Origin: Raja brachyura
Lineage: Eukaryota
DNA length: 64,000 bases
Direction: 5' to 3'
Assembly (NCBI GenBank): GCA_963514005.1
Contig: OY740784.1
Location: forward strand, 73,966,001 to 74,030,000
Of this stretch, positions 1 through 12,600 are shown one piece after another. The notes under the pieces were generated by a model. It did not search any database and was not told the origin of the DNA. It was given only the letters and a program-made list of their open reading frames with translations. The first letter of the stretch is position 1; each line of letters begins with the position of its first letter. A program made the translations under genes and the position numbers.

Positions 1-1416
1 CCCCCTCTCCCCCACCCCACTCCTTAACCAGTTTTGTGCTGTTCTCACAACTGGAGCTGCATTCTTCAGTCGCTGCCTATTTGCAGAAAGAAGAAGCAGA
101 GCAAGGTGATCTGATTTCCAAAAGTGAGGGCAAAGAGGAAGCAATAGGCACCTTTGATAAGCAATCCAGATATCAGCTCTATGAACCTGGAATGTGGAGA
201 AGATGCTACAATTAGTTCAACAACTGAATGGCAGAGTAGGGAAGGGGTCTATCATTGCTCATAATGTGTATGTGGGTCTGTTTGTATGTCTGTGTTGTGA
301 GCCTGTTGCAAGTGATGTAACCTCGCCTTTATATTAGGAAGCTGGCCAAGTGGATGACACTGATGTTCCTTTCTGGCTTATCTGGCTTGTGAATTTAAAG
401 AACTTTGCAGAGACAGCATGTGTAACACGTGTCCAGTGCTATAGATAATCTGTGTGTTTGAAGACAGAAATATTAGGGCAAATATATAAGAAATAAGTGC
501 AGCTAAAGGGCAAATGCACCACTGGGACAACTGTCCTGTCATTGAATGAATTAATGACAGATCTAATCTTGCCCTTATTCTCACTTTCCTGTTTCTGCCT
601 GCTATTTTTTAATTGACTCTGGCCAAAATGACAAACAATAAGGCCCGCAGCACCAACCTTGTTTTACATAACTAGCCACAGGTTTCTGGTGACAAAAACA
701 ACCAATCATCCATCATTACTTTCTGCGTCTTGTTCCCAAGTCAATTTGTCAAATTGCATTGGATCTCATCAACTCTAAACTTTTGGGCCCTCGCGATGTG
801 CCCAAACATCGTGGATATGATGTTTGGACACATGACAACGTGGACATTAATATAGGAAGTATGATAAGTTAGTTTACAAATTATGTAAATACTAGTGGTG
901 CTGTTGTTAGTGTGGAGGGTAGTCGGATTGCTGAAGCTATAGATCATTTGGTAAAATAGGAGAGGACATGGTGGATACAACATAATGTGGAAAATATCAT
1001 TCACTTTGATCAAAATAGAAAGCCGATGTTTTTTTTTTAATGGTGAGAGATTGAAGGATGTTGGTGATGAGATGGTTCAGGGGGGGCCCTTTGCACAAAA
1101 ACCGTGGATGCTAATATAAAGATCTAACAAGCAAATATTATGTTAGCCTTTCTTGGTAAGGGGATTTGAGGCTTTCATGTAGTGCCCTGGTGTAATCACA
1201 CCTGAAATATCTCCTTATTTAAGGATTCGAGGAAATTCACAAAGGTTTACCAGACTGAATCCTAGACTGGCGGGTTTGTCCTCTTAAAAGGCATTAGGTG
1301 GACAAGATCTAAACTCTCTAGAATTTAGAAGGATGGGAGGTAATCTCATTGAATTTACACATTTGTAATGGGCAGGTGACATTGATGTCGCCCTTGACTG
1401 GATTATATGGAAGCAT

Positions 1417-1680
1417 GGCGTCACAGTGGCGCAGCTGTAGAGTTGCTGCCTCACAGCGCCAGAGACCTGAGTTGGTACTTGTGACCGCCAACGGGTGCTG
1501 TGTCTACGGCGTTTGTACATTCTTCCTGTGACCGCGTGGGTTTTCTCCGGGTACTCCAGTTTCCTCCCACTTTCCAAAGACGTACAGGTTTGTAGGTTTA
1601 AAAAAAAATGTAAAGATCCCTAGTGTGGAGGGTAGTGCTAGTGTACGGAATGATCGCTGTTCGGCGCAGACTCGAGAGTT
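1417..1680 (+). mobile_element. tRNA-derived V-SINE (HE1-like)
   Basis: tRNA-like head ggcgtcacagtggcgcagc..agagttgctgcctcacagcgccagagacc and central GGGTTTTCTCCGGGTACTCCAGTTTCCTCCCAC domain. Related copies near 2580-2770(-), 26110-26402(-), 39260-39540(-), 52152-52280(+), 54238-54430(+), 60120-60370(+). Confidence 0.75.
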
Positions 1681-1903
1681 GAAGCGATAGTCCCAATGCA
1701 CGATCTGTAACCTTTTCGCGAGCGACAAATAATTGACTCTGTGTAATTGCTTGAATGGCCGACGAGGCTCTCGTTTGGTACTTTGGTTGCATTAGGTTGA
1801 AAACATGTTCATTTGAAGAGAGACGAAGGGGGTTTTCTTGTCATTTGCGAATTCTGTGTGAGTCGGAAGTGGTATGTGTGATAAATGCATTGAGGTGCGC
1901 GAA

Positions 1904-1942
1904 GGTTTTTGTAAGCGACGCCGGTTGCTGTTTAACTCTGTG
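1904..1942 (-). other. 23-RSS of V1
   Basis: CACAGAG + 23 nt + ACAAAAACC. Confidence 0.95.
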
Positions 1943-2402
1943 TATCCCAATATGCACAAAAGTAGGTGGCGGAGTCTTCTGTCTTGAGTTTGTGCACCGT
2001 TAGAGAATACTGTTTATCCACAACATGTCGCGATGAATATCTGTCATCAAATCCATCATCCCGGTTGTTGACCCCAGATTCATAATACAGGATCCTCTCT
2101 GGCCGCTGGTCCGCTAGCTGCCGATACCAGTGGACGATGGTCGCGGACGCTCCGTCCAGGTCGCATGTGATTGTGGCACTTTTACCTGCTATTGAGACGA
2201 GGGACATCTGTGACTGTGTTATACCTTCAACGAGATATCTGCCTGTGAAGAGAGAATTCAAAAGTAAAACTTTAGAATGTAGAAATAAAGAACAAAACCC
2301 ATAACTTTGTTTTCGAGACTGAAGAAATCAGACAACGAGTGGATGAAAATGAATCGACATACGGAGAAAAAACATCACGAAACTGACAGAGCACGGCCGC
2401 AT
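1943..2402 (-). CDS. TRGV: TCR gamma V segment V1 (leader exon 2363-2402, V exon 1943-2242)
   Basis: Leader MRPCSVSFVMFFL, phase-1 donor C|GTATGT, acceptor cttcacag|GC. Ig V-set motifs ITC..VHWYRQ..ERILYY..EDSATYFCAYWD, followed directly by a 23-RSS. IHWY/ILY/YYCAYW-type motifs are typical of TRGV. Confidence 0.92.
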
Positions 2403-2455
2403 GCTGGTTGTCGGGTTGTGACAGGATTTAACATCTGTCTCAACGGTCTGGCGGC

Positions 2456-2470
2456 ATATAAATACCGTCA
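2456..2470 (-). promoter_or_regulatory. Candidate V1 core promoter (TGACG half-CRE plus TATA-like TATTTATAT)
   Basis: Minus strand reads TGACGgTATTTATAT, about 55-70 nt upstream of the leader ATG. Confidence 0.45.
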
Positions 2471-3889
2471 ATCTTCAAGTGCTACTTTCTCTCGACCAGA
2501 CAGTCTCTTCCCTTTGGTCTCTTCTGACACAAACCACGCCTTCTAACCTCGTTTCTAACTTTTCGAGATTCGTCTTTAGATTTTCGAGACACAGCACGGA
2601 AACAGGCCCTTCGACCCGCCGAATCGCACCGACCAGCGATCACCCTGTAGACTGGCACGATCCTACTCGCCTACCTGAGCCAATTAATCTATAAACCTGT
2701 ACATCTTTGGAGTGTGGGAGGAAACCGGAGCACCAAGCAAAACACCCACGTGGTCACGGGCAGACAGCGCCTGTTCATAGGTTCATAAGTTATGGGAGCA
2801 GAATTAGACTATTTGGCACATCAAGTCTACTCCACCATTCAACCATGTCTGATCTATCCTTCCCTCTCAACCCCATTCACCTGCATTCTCCCCACAACCC
2901 CCAACACCCGTACTAATCAAGAATATATCAATCTCGACAAAAAATATCAATTGACTTGGCCTCCACAGCATTTTGTGGCAAATAATGCCACAGATTTATC
3001 ACTCTCTGACTAAAGAAATGAATCCTCATCCTCTTTCTATAGACACGTATTTTGATTCTGAGGCAAAGGCCTTTGGCCTCTGACTCTCCCACTGCGCATC
3101 TAATCTGTATAGATTCAATGAGGTCCCCTCTCACCCTTCTAAACCCCATCGAGTATGGGCCCATTGGCGTCAAACGCTCATTATACGTTACATAGAAACA
3201 TAGGAGATATGTGCAGGAGGAGGCCATTTCGCCCTTCGAGCCAGCACCGCCATTCGTTGTGATCATGGCTGATCATCCTCGATCAATAACCCGTGCCTGC
3301 CTTCTCCCCATATCCCTTGACTCCACAATTATTCCTGGGATCATTCTCATTAACCTAGTCTTGATCATCTACAAAGCCCGCAGTTCCTCAGATAATGGGC
3401 CCAAAATTGCTTACAATATTCCAAACGCCGTCTGGCCACTACCTTATAAAGTCCTGTTTTTATATTCCAGTCTTCTGGAAATAAACTTGTCGCACTTGTC
3501 GCAATCGAACCGCGTCTCTGGTGCTGTAGTCTCTGACGCTGTAAACTCAACCGCTGCGCCACGGTGCCGCCCACTGTACCCGACATATTTTGTTACTTGC
3601 AGACATTAAAAAGAACCGCAGATGCTGGAATCTAGAGCTGAAACCGAGGTGCTGGATCAACCCAGCTGGTCTGGTCGCATGTGAGGAGGGAATGGACAGA
3701 CGACATTTCGACCGGGACACTTCTTCTGACTCCATCTAAAGATGGGTCCCAAAGTGAAACATCTGCATAAATGAGGAACTGCAGAAGCTGCTTTACATAA
3801 AAGGATACCAAGTGCTAGCGTAACTCAGACGGTGTGGCAGCATCTATGGAGCATGTGGAAACGTTCTATGTTCAGTTCATGTTCATGTT

Positions 3890-4430
3890 CAGTATTATTG
3901 CGTACAGTTCTGGTCTCCAAATCTGAGGAGGGACATTATTGCCATAGAGGGAGTGCAGAGAAGGTTGTCAGGACGGTCTTATGAACAAAGACTGCATAGA
4001 CTCGGTTTATACTCTCTAGAATTTAGGAGATTGAGAGGCGATCTTATAGAAACTTACAAAATTCTTAAGGGGTTGGACAGGCTAGAAGCAGGAACATTGT
4101 TCCCGATGTTGGGGAGGTCCAGGACAAGGGGTCACAGCTTAAGGATAAGGGGGAAATCCTTTAGGACCGAGATGAGAAGGACTTTTTTCACAGAGAGTGG
4201 TGGGTCTCTGGAACTCTCTGCCACAGAGGGTAGTTGAGGCCAGTTCATTGGCTATATTTAAGAGGGAGTTAGATGTGGCCCTTGTGGCTAGGGGGATCAG
4301 AGGGTATGGAGAGAAGGCAGGTACGGGATACTGAGTTGGATGATCAGCCATGATCATATTGAATGGCGGTGCAGGCTCGAAGGGCCGAATGGCCTACTCC
4401 TGCACCTAATTTCTATGTTTCTACGTTTCT
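3890..4430 (+). mobile_element. 5'-truncated CR1 LINE 3' end
   Basis: RLGLYSLEFRRLRGDLIETYKILKG C-terminal motif, CR1 3' UTR and TTTCTATG-type tail. Confidence 0.9.
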
Positions 4431-4984
4431 ATTCCCCACTCCAGATGATGCTTGACCCGCCAAGTTAATCCAAAATGTTGTTGCGGAACATGATATTTTA
4501 GAAGAAATCCACCCCAGTCAATAAGATGACTTTTTCTGTGCCAAAAGCTGGTTCGATCTTCCCCTTGCTTATGGAACGTGATGAAGCCACCCACCTCCTC
4601 CCTCTGCCTGATCAGTCACAAACCACCCACATTTAAACAGTTCTCTCCTTCCTTAATCCCCGCTATGTTAAATTCCCAAACCATTGCAACATGGTTGGTG
4701 TAAGTAACTTAAGCAAAGAGGTGCTGCTCCGGATCCCGACATCCCAACATAATTTTCCTGGCCTTCACTTTATTCCAATCTTTTGACGTGAATTATGTGA
4801 TAATCAGAATAATGCGATCCAGGAGCTACTCCACAACCACAGAAAGACTCTCCCCATATTGACTGTCCGAGCGTTTACTGCACTGAACCTGGAACTGCTT
4901 CGCCGCCAACAATTCCGGATTCAGCCCCAAACCACCAGTCTTTTCACGTGAGACAGAGGTTCACAAACCCGCTAGTATTTTCTG

Positions 4985-5725
4985 GTGAGGCAGTGGTTCA
5001 CTTGCATCTTCTCCAATCTCATCTACTGTATCCACTGTTCCAGTTGTAGACTCCTATATATCCGCAAGACCAAGCGCAGGCTCGGCGATCGTTTCTCTGA
5101 ACACCTCCGCTCAGTCCGCCTGAACCTACCTGATCTCCTGGTTGCTAAACACTTTAACTCCCCTTCCCATTCCAACACTCACCCTTCCGTCCTGGGCCTC
5201 CTCACAATGGGGGCAATGCAAATTGGAGGAACAGCACCTGAAATTTCGCTTGGGCAGCTTACACCCCAGCGGTATGGATATTGACTTCTCTAACTTCAAG
5301 TGACGCTTGCTTTCCCTCTCTCTCCATCCCTCCCCCTTCCTCGTTCTCTGACGGGTCTGATTGCCCCCCTGATTAAATTTTATCTCTTCGTTGTCAGCTT
5401 CTCCTAGCCAACAATGTATGTACATGTTGGTGGGATGTAATGAAATGCCGGACGAATACACGAAAGTGTTTATGTTCAGTGTCCTTGAAGTGTGTTTATT
5501 ACTTTTGGATCCAGGCGAGGATCTGACATTCGATCAAATGTATACATTTGCCTTTATCTACATCCCCTTTGATATCTCGTTTTCACACCCTACACTTCTT
5601 TATCTCTGTGTCCCTCTAACCTGACTCTCAGTCTGAAGTAGGGTCTCAACCCAAAACTTTATCCATTCCTTCTATACATAAACGCTGCCTGTCCCGCTGA
5701 GTGACTCCAGCATTTTGTGCCTATC
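4985..5725 (+). mobile_element. Penelope-like element remnant (GIY-YIG endonuclease fragment plus 3' tail)
   Basis: FTC..SNLIYCIHCSSC..LYI..TKRRLGDRFSEHLRSV..VAKHFN, matching the PLE GIY-YIG domain; frameshifted. Confidence 0.8.
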
Positions 5726-7263
5726 TATCTGAGCTGACCCGTTGGATGAGATGTCGTTGAGCAGGAGGCCATCCCGAATGTTCATTTGTCCCTATCAGCT
5801 ATGACAGAAGCGCATTATTATTAAGGACTCTTAATTGTAAAGAGACTCGGTTAAAAAATAACTTACATTGGCATCCGCTTGAATTTGAAAGAACGATTTC
5901 TAATCGGGTGGTGCATGAGCTCTGCATTCGGTACCCTTCCCCTTGAGCTACCGATGGCAGTTATTCCATAAACATCCAAGAAACAACTTTTACAACCTTC
6001 CAGAAGGAGTCTCCTTACAATCTGCTCACTGGTCAAAATGTTCTCTCTCCCAAAAATCCCTTTAGTTCTGCAAGCATTTTTGTCCGATAATGTTCATCGA
6101 TTAACACTCTTCCCTCATGCGCACTCAGCCTGCCCCGTTCCCCCTACAGCCAATGTAAGGAGAAGTGAAGTGAAAATAATATCTGTTTGGGATCACAGAT
6201 TCCCCGTTGGTGCAACATCACACGGACAGGAAGCTGCGGCGGGGCGAAAACAGAACCTGCTTTAGGAGGGGTGATCAGAACAGGGCAGGGGTGATTGATT
6301 TGTAAATCCTGCGGACGGCTATCTTAGAGCACATTCTTGGGTGGAAAGGGCATGCTTAAAAGTTGTTACTTGTGACTGTTTAATAAAGGATGAGGAGGGG
6401 TCAATTAAATGTAGTCTCACGTCAAATACGTGCTCCCATGGCACTCCCTTGGTTTTGACCCGGCTCGCTAACTGAACGGGAAGTTTCAAATCAAGATGGT
6501 ATAGGACTTGGATGGAGAACTTGCGTAAGTTGGATGGTTTATGCATGTCAGTCATCATTCTAGATCATCGCCCTCAAATATGTGTGTATCACAAACACTG
6601 CGACCATAATGCAGAGGCCACCGTGGGAGTGAAGATATCGGTGGGTTTCAAACACTTAACTGCCAAGTATCCAGTGACCAGTGTTGTTGGATCTGCACTC
6701 ATCCAGGCAAGTGGGGTACATTTCATCACATTTCTCACTTCTACCTCATTAAAACGCAGAATAACCAAAGGGCCTGGATAGAGTGGATGTGGAGAGGATG
6801 TTTCCACTCGTTGGTGAGTCTAGGACCAGATGGCACAGCCTCAGAATAAAATGGCGTACCTTTAGAAAGGAGATGAGGGGGAAATTCTTTAGTCAGGTAG
6901 TGGTGAATCTGTGGAATTAATTCCCACAGACGTCTGCGGAGGCCGTCATTGGGTATTTTTAAAAGCGGAGCTTGACATATTCTTGATTAGGGTGTCAAAG
7001 GTTATGCGGGAGAAGGCAGGAGAATGGTTTTGAGAAGGATAGATACATCTCCCATGATTGAATGGCGGAGTAGACGCGAAGGGCCGAATGATCTAATTCT
7101 GCTTCTATGACCCATAAACTTGTGACTATTTCCATCATTTTCCGTGCATGTTTCACATTTTAAACATCTGCGTTTACCGTAGACGGAGATCAGCATGCAC
7201 CACATCTGTTAATTGTTTTTGAACAAGTTAAACGTGCACAATGGATAACATTGGTATAAGTTG

Positions 7264-7302
7264 GGTTTATGTACTGGTTTCCCGTCGCTCTCGGCCACTG
7301 TG
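7264..7302 (-). other. 23-RSS of V2
   Basis: CACAGTG + 23 nt + ACATAAACC. Confidence 0.95.
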
Positions 7303-7764
7303 TTGCCAGTAAGCACAGTAATATGTACCAATATCGTTCGCCCGGATGGTCTTCAAGATCAGAGTGCACGATTTAGTCTCAATAACCTTTTCAACATATA
7401 ACCTTTGGTCGGACACGTCCTTCTGTTGGTCCGATTGCTTATTAAAATACAATAGCCGCTGCAGCCCTTCTCCCTGCCTCTGCCGGTACCAATGTATAAC
7501 AGTTTCGCTGATCGCTATGCCTTGAACTTCACAGTGAAAGCGCACAGATGTTGTGGCATCTTTGGTGATCGATAACGGGGACTGTATCAATGTTTGAGGC
7601 GCCGATTTACCTGCTTGGGAGAGGGGGGGGGGGGGGGGGGAAAGCATAAAGTTATCGAATAATTTCACAAGGGGACAGCGAAAGACTTATGCAAATTGGC
7701 GTTAACATTCATACCACTGACCGAGACAGGAGATAAATAAAATGACAGCCCCGACCAGCTTCAT
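7303..7764 (-). CDS. TRGV: TCR gamma V segment V2 (leader exon 7722-7764, V exon 7303-7610); paralog of V4
   Basis: Leader MKLVGAVILFISCL, donor G|GTCAGT, acceptor caagcag|GT. FHC..VIHWYRQ..QRLLYF..DIGTYYCAYWQ in an open frame, then a 23-RSS. Confidence 0.93.
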
Positions 7765-8734
7765 GTTGAGGGGTTGGAGGGTTACGTTCAGCCAGGCGAC
7801 TAAGATGCTGGCGTTTGATCTCCCAGCCGCCCCCGCTCCAGTCGAGTGCAGACGCACAAAAAACGCAGATGATTAAAATGTGAAATAAGCACGGAGAATG
7901 TTGGCGAGAGTCATAAGTTCATAGTTCATACAAGCTACCGGTTCCATTTGGTGCGATGATGTGCAGCCTCTCATTTACTATTCTGGCGCAACGTTAAATG
8001 CTACTCCGGATATCCCCTCCCCCTCCCCGCCACATGGCGCACGGAGCATAAACCAGCTGCTGCAGGCAGCGAGTTGTATTTGACGCGAGGTGAACTATCC
8101 AAGTACCTCCCATCTCAAGAGGCACCTGTCCACTCTCCTCGCCACCCAGGGCATCTCTCTGAAACATTCACTTTCGCACCGGGTTAGCTCCAGGTTGGAG
8201 CGTTATGTTGTGTCTGCTCGCGTTAACATTTCACCCTCTTGCTTATCCACAATTTATCTACCTCTGCCATAAGTATGTTGAAGGACTCTGCTTCCACCAG
8301 ACCAGCGCCCTTTGTGCAGGAGAACTCCAAAGACTTCCGAATCAACGAGAGGAGCAAGTGCATCATCCATGTCCTAAATAAATGCCCCCCCCCCCACCCC
8401 CTTATTTTAAACAATGATCTCCGATTCGATATTTCCCACATATCCACAGTTCCATATTTTCCCACAGAACCACTTCACACACATAGTGTGAAACGACTCC
8501 TGTACGTTTCATTCAAGTACACACAAGAACAAAGAAAATAGCAGCAGGAGAAGACCACTCGGCCCCTCATACCAACCCCCTCTCCCCCCGCATTCAGTAT
8601 GATCATGGCTGATCTATTTGAAATGTCCCATTTCTCCATTCCTATCTATTCCTTCATTTAATCAAATATTTATCTACCTCTGCTTGAAATGCTTCTATTA
8701 GAGACCTAGCTTCCACCAACTTACATACAGGGCA

Positions 8735-9660
8735 AGATTAGCAAATTTGCTGATGATATAAAAGTATGTGGTTCTGCAGATAGTGAAGGTGGTTATGAAA
8801 GATTGCTGCAGGATCTTGATTGATTGGCCAGATGGGCTGAGGATCGAGTGGCCAGATGGGCTGAGGAATTTAATACAGAGAAATGGGAGATGTCGGATTT
8901 TGGGATGTCGAACAAAGGCAGGACCTACACAGTGAATGGTAGGCCTCTGGGGGCTGGTGGAGAGCGGAGGAATCAAGGAGTGCGGCTGCATGGTTCCTTG
9001 AAGGTCGAGTCGCAGATAGATAAGATGGTCAAAAAGACTTTTGGCACATTGGCCTTCATCAGCCAGAGTATTGAGTATAGAATTTAGGAGGTCATTTTGC
9101 TGTTGTATAAGATGTTGGGGAAACCACATTTACAGTATTGTGTTCAGTTCTGGGCACCAAGTTTCCGGAAAGATATTGTCAAGCTTGAAAGGGTTCAGAG
9201 AATATTTACAAGGATGTTTCCAGGAGCTGTAGGGAGAGGTTAAGTAGGCTGGGTCTCTATTCTTTGGAGCGTAGGAGGATGAGAGGTCTTTTTAAGGTGT
9301 ATAGAATCGTGAGAGGAATAAATCATGTAGATGCATAGAATCTCTTGCTCAAGAGTAGGGGAATCAAGGACCAGAGATCATAGATTCAAGGACAAAGGGG
9401 GAAAGATTTCATAGGAATCTGATGGGTAAGTTTTTCACACAAAGGGTGGTGGGTGTATGGAACAAGCTGCCAGAGGAGGTAGTTGAGGCTGTGGCTAACT
9501 CAATGTTTAAGAAACAGTTAGACAAGTACATGGATATGACATGTTTGTAGAGATATGGACCAAACATGTCCCAGGCAAGTAGCTGGGACATGTTGGCCGG
9601 TGTGGTTCAAGTTGGGCTGAAGGACCTGTTTCCATACTGTATCACTCTGTGACTCTATAA
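8735..9660 (+). mobile_element. Degraded CR1 LINE RT/3' fragment
   Basis: ISKFADD-like motif, WAEEFNTEK and AFISQSIEYR segments, CR1-type 3' end. Further decayed CR1 pieces near 1000-1360, 2780-3320, 6775-7110, 10840-11900, 34380-34650, 35130-35530, 50985-51445, 63190-63860. Confidence 0.8.
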
Positions 9661-12600
9661 CTACCATGGCTGCGAATTCCAGATATTCACCACCCTCTGT
9701 AAGTGGAAATTTCTATGTACCTCAGTTTTAGAGTAGTAAGCGATATTGTTTCCAGTAGTAGAGCTTCCATGCCTATATATCAGCACTAGAGTAGAGCTTC
9801 CACTGGAGATAGTAATGTCCTTCTCCATTAAGGTGCTGCTGATGCTGTCCTCTGTGTCCATGCAGCTGAATGGCTCCCCGTCCGTTGAGTTCTCCAGTTT
9901 TTCAGCCTGTTGCTGGGAGGCTTGTCCTGGCCTTGCTGCTGCTGCATCCGACCCCTTATCTTGTAGTTATAACCCCCTTGTTCAAAAGCCTCTTCTGTTG
10001 AAAATATTCTAATATCTACCCTTTTCAAGCCCCCTTAACATTGCTATGTCTGCACAAGCTCAATCCTTATTCATCGAAATTGTAAGGAAGATAGACCCAA
10101 ACTATTTAGCCGGGGCATCTTAGTGGGCCAGGCAGCATATGTGCAGGGAGTGGATAGGCAACATTTTGTTTTGAACACTTCACATTCTTTGCATTCACAT
10201 AAATTAAATATATATATTTGCAACATGGTTAACAATGTAATACATTGGTAACACAAAAAGCTGGAGAAACTCAGCGGGTGCAGCAGCATCTAAGGAGCGA
10301 AGGAGATAGGCGACGTTTCGGGTCGAGACCCTTCTTCAGACTGGTCAGGGATCATGGAAACGAGAGATATAGACGGTGATGTGGAGTGATAAAGAACAAT
10401 GAATGAAAGATAAGCAAAAAAGTATCGATGATAAAGGAATTGGTAATATACCTAAGATAAGAGATGGTCTAATTTCAACTAACACTGTAGAACATACCAA
10501 AATACCAAGCAGTGATAAAGCATTGGAGGGAATGAAGGGCTAAAGGCAGATAGCTAATGAGGAACAAGCAGACTGCCTGCTGGGGGTTCAAAGGAAGTGA
10601 CTGCAGAGATGGCAAATCCATTGGTTGAAACTTTTCATAAATTGATAAACTCTGGGAGGGTACCAGAAGATTAAGAAACAACACATGTAACTCTCTTGTT
10701 CAAAAAACAAACGTTGGGGAATTACGCCAGTTGATTTAAGAGTTATTATATAGAAAAATAGGACGCTGTAGAAAATAATTAAAGGAGAAAAATTGATAAA
10801 TATTTGGTAAAGCTGTGAGGGTACTACCCTGAGAGTGTTGAGTGCGCAGAGGGATCTAGGATTACATACACATAACTCCCTGAAACTTGACCCAAAAGTC
10901 ACCCATTCCTTCTCTTCGGCGATGCTGGCTGTCCCACTGAGTTACTCCAGCTTTTTGTATCTATCACAGGTAGAAAGGTTAGTGAACAAGGCTTTTGGTG
11001 CATTGGCCTTCATCAGTCAGGATATTGAGTATAGAATATTGGACATTACATTACAGTTCTACATGATATTGGTGAGATCACATTTGGTATACTGTTCAGT
11101 TTTGGTCACCTTGTATAGGAACGATGCCATTAAACAGTGCAGGATTTAGGAGGATCTTCCTAAACTTGAGGGGTTGGGACAGGTTGGGCAGGCTAGGACT
11201 TTATTCTTTGGAGGGCAGGAAGTTTAGAGGTAATCTTATAGAAATGTATAAAATCATAATGGGAATAGATGAGTGAATGCTAAGATTTTGTTAACCCAGG
11301 GTTAACCCAGAGTTAATCAAAAAACAGGGGACATTGGTTTAAGTTGAGAGGAGCAAGAGGAACCTGAGGGGCAACATTTTCATTCAGTGGGTGGTGGGTA
11401 TGTGGAATGATCTGTCAGAGGAAGTAGTTGAGGCAGTTACTATAACAGCATTTTAAAGACACTCTGATGGGTACATGGATAGGGTGAGTTCAGAGGAATA
11501 TGGCACATGGGACAAGCGTAGGTGGGGCATCTTGATCAACATGAATAAGTTGGACCAAAGGGCCAGTTTCTACACATATGACTTTAAGACTAATATGACT
11601 CTAATTAAATATAGTCAAAATAGTTTTATGAAAAATAAATTATAATTAATGAATGTGCTTGAATTATTTGGGTATTGACAGGAGAGAGTTGATAGAGGAG
11701 AACCAGTGGATTGCCAAAAGGCATTTGACAAGGTGCCATAAAAGGTTAAGGCATAAATTAAAAGCCCGTAACATCAGAGAAAGTTTTTAGAATAAAGTTG
11801 TCGGAATAAAACAAAGAGTTAGAATAAATTTATCTTTTTTCAACTGGAAGTATCTAGTGAGATGCTGCAGGGTTAGTTCTTGCTCCAAAATTGTGGAATA
11901 TTTCCACAATTATGTGGAAAATTGTTGAATTTTATTTTATTCACATGTTTAATCGATAATGTTTTATTATTATGATTCTTCATTTGCTGACTAGTTGTGA
12001 ATAGAACTGGATATTATGTAATCATCAACAAACATTAGACCTCATGAAATCTTAGCATTGTACAGCATAGAAATGGGCCTTTTGCTGACGGACAATGCTG
12101 AATGTGATGACTAGCTAAGCGAACCCAATCTGCTTATATTAGAACTATATCTCACGAAGCAATTGAAGATGCCTAGGAAGAAACTCTTGCAGTGATTTTC
12201 TGTGGCTTGAAATGATTAACCACCAACATCCTCATGCATCAACCCTTGTATGAGTTATGGCAGCAGTCCTTGGAGGGATTTCCCTTTGATGCCTAATCAG
12301 TTCAGCTTTACCAGAGGTCCTATGTGGATCCAGTCAACCATGTTCTGCCTTGAGATCAAGAACAATCCCTCCCACCTAACCTCTGGAATTCAACACCTTG
12401 ATATGTGTATGGACCAAGGCTGCAAAGAGGTCCAGGGCCAGTGGTCCTCATGACATCAAAACTGAAATTTGGCAAGCAAGTTGATGGTGAGTTCTATTTA
12501 ATGGCCTTGTGACGACATCCTCCACCACTTAGCTAATGATTGCGACTGTTCTGATTGCGTGGCATTGGTCATTTGGATTGCTCAGCTGTTTCTTCATCAT

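Noticed and set aside
677-700. CACAGGT..ACAAAAACA as a J-segment 12-RSS
   Set aside because: The spacer is 8 nt and there is no adjacent FGxG J motif or splice donor.
1095-1103. Isolated perfect nonamer ACAAAAACC
   Set aside because: No heptamer at 12 or 23 nt; it lies in a decayed CR1.
1417-1490. tRNA gene
   Set aside because: tRNA-derived head of a SINE with a damaged B box; it continues into the SINE body.
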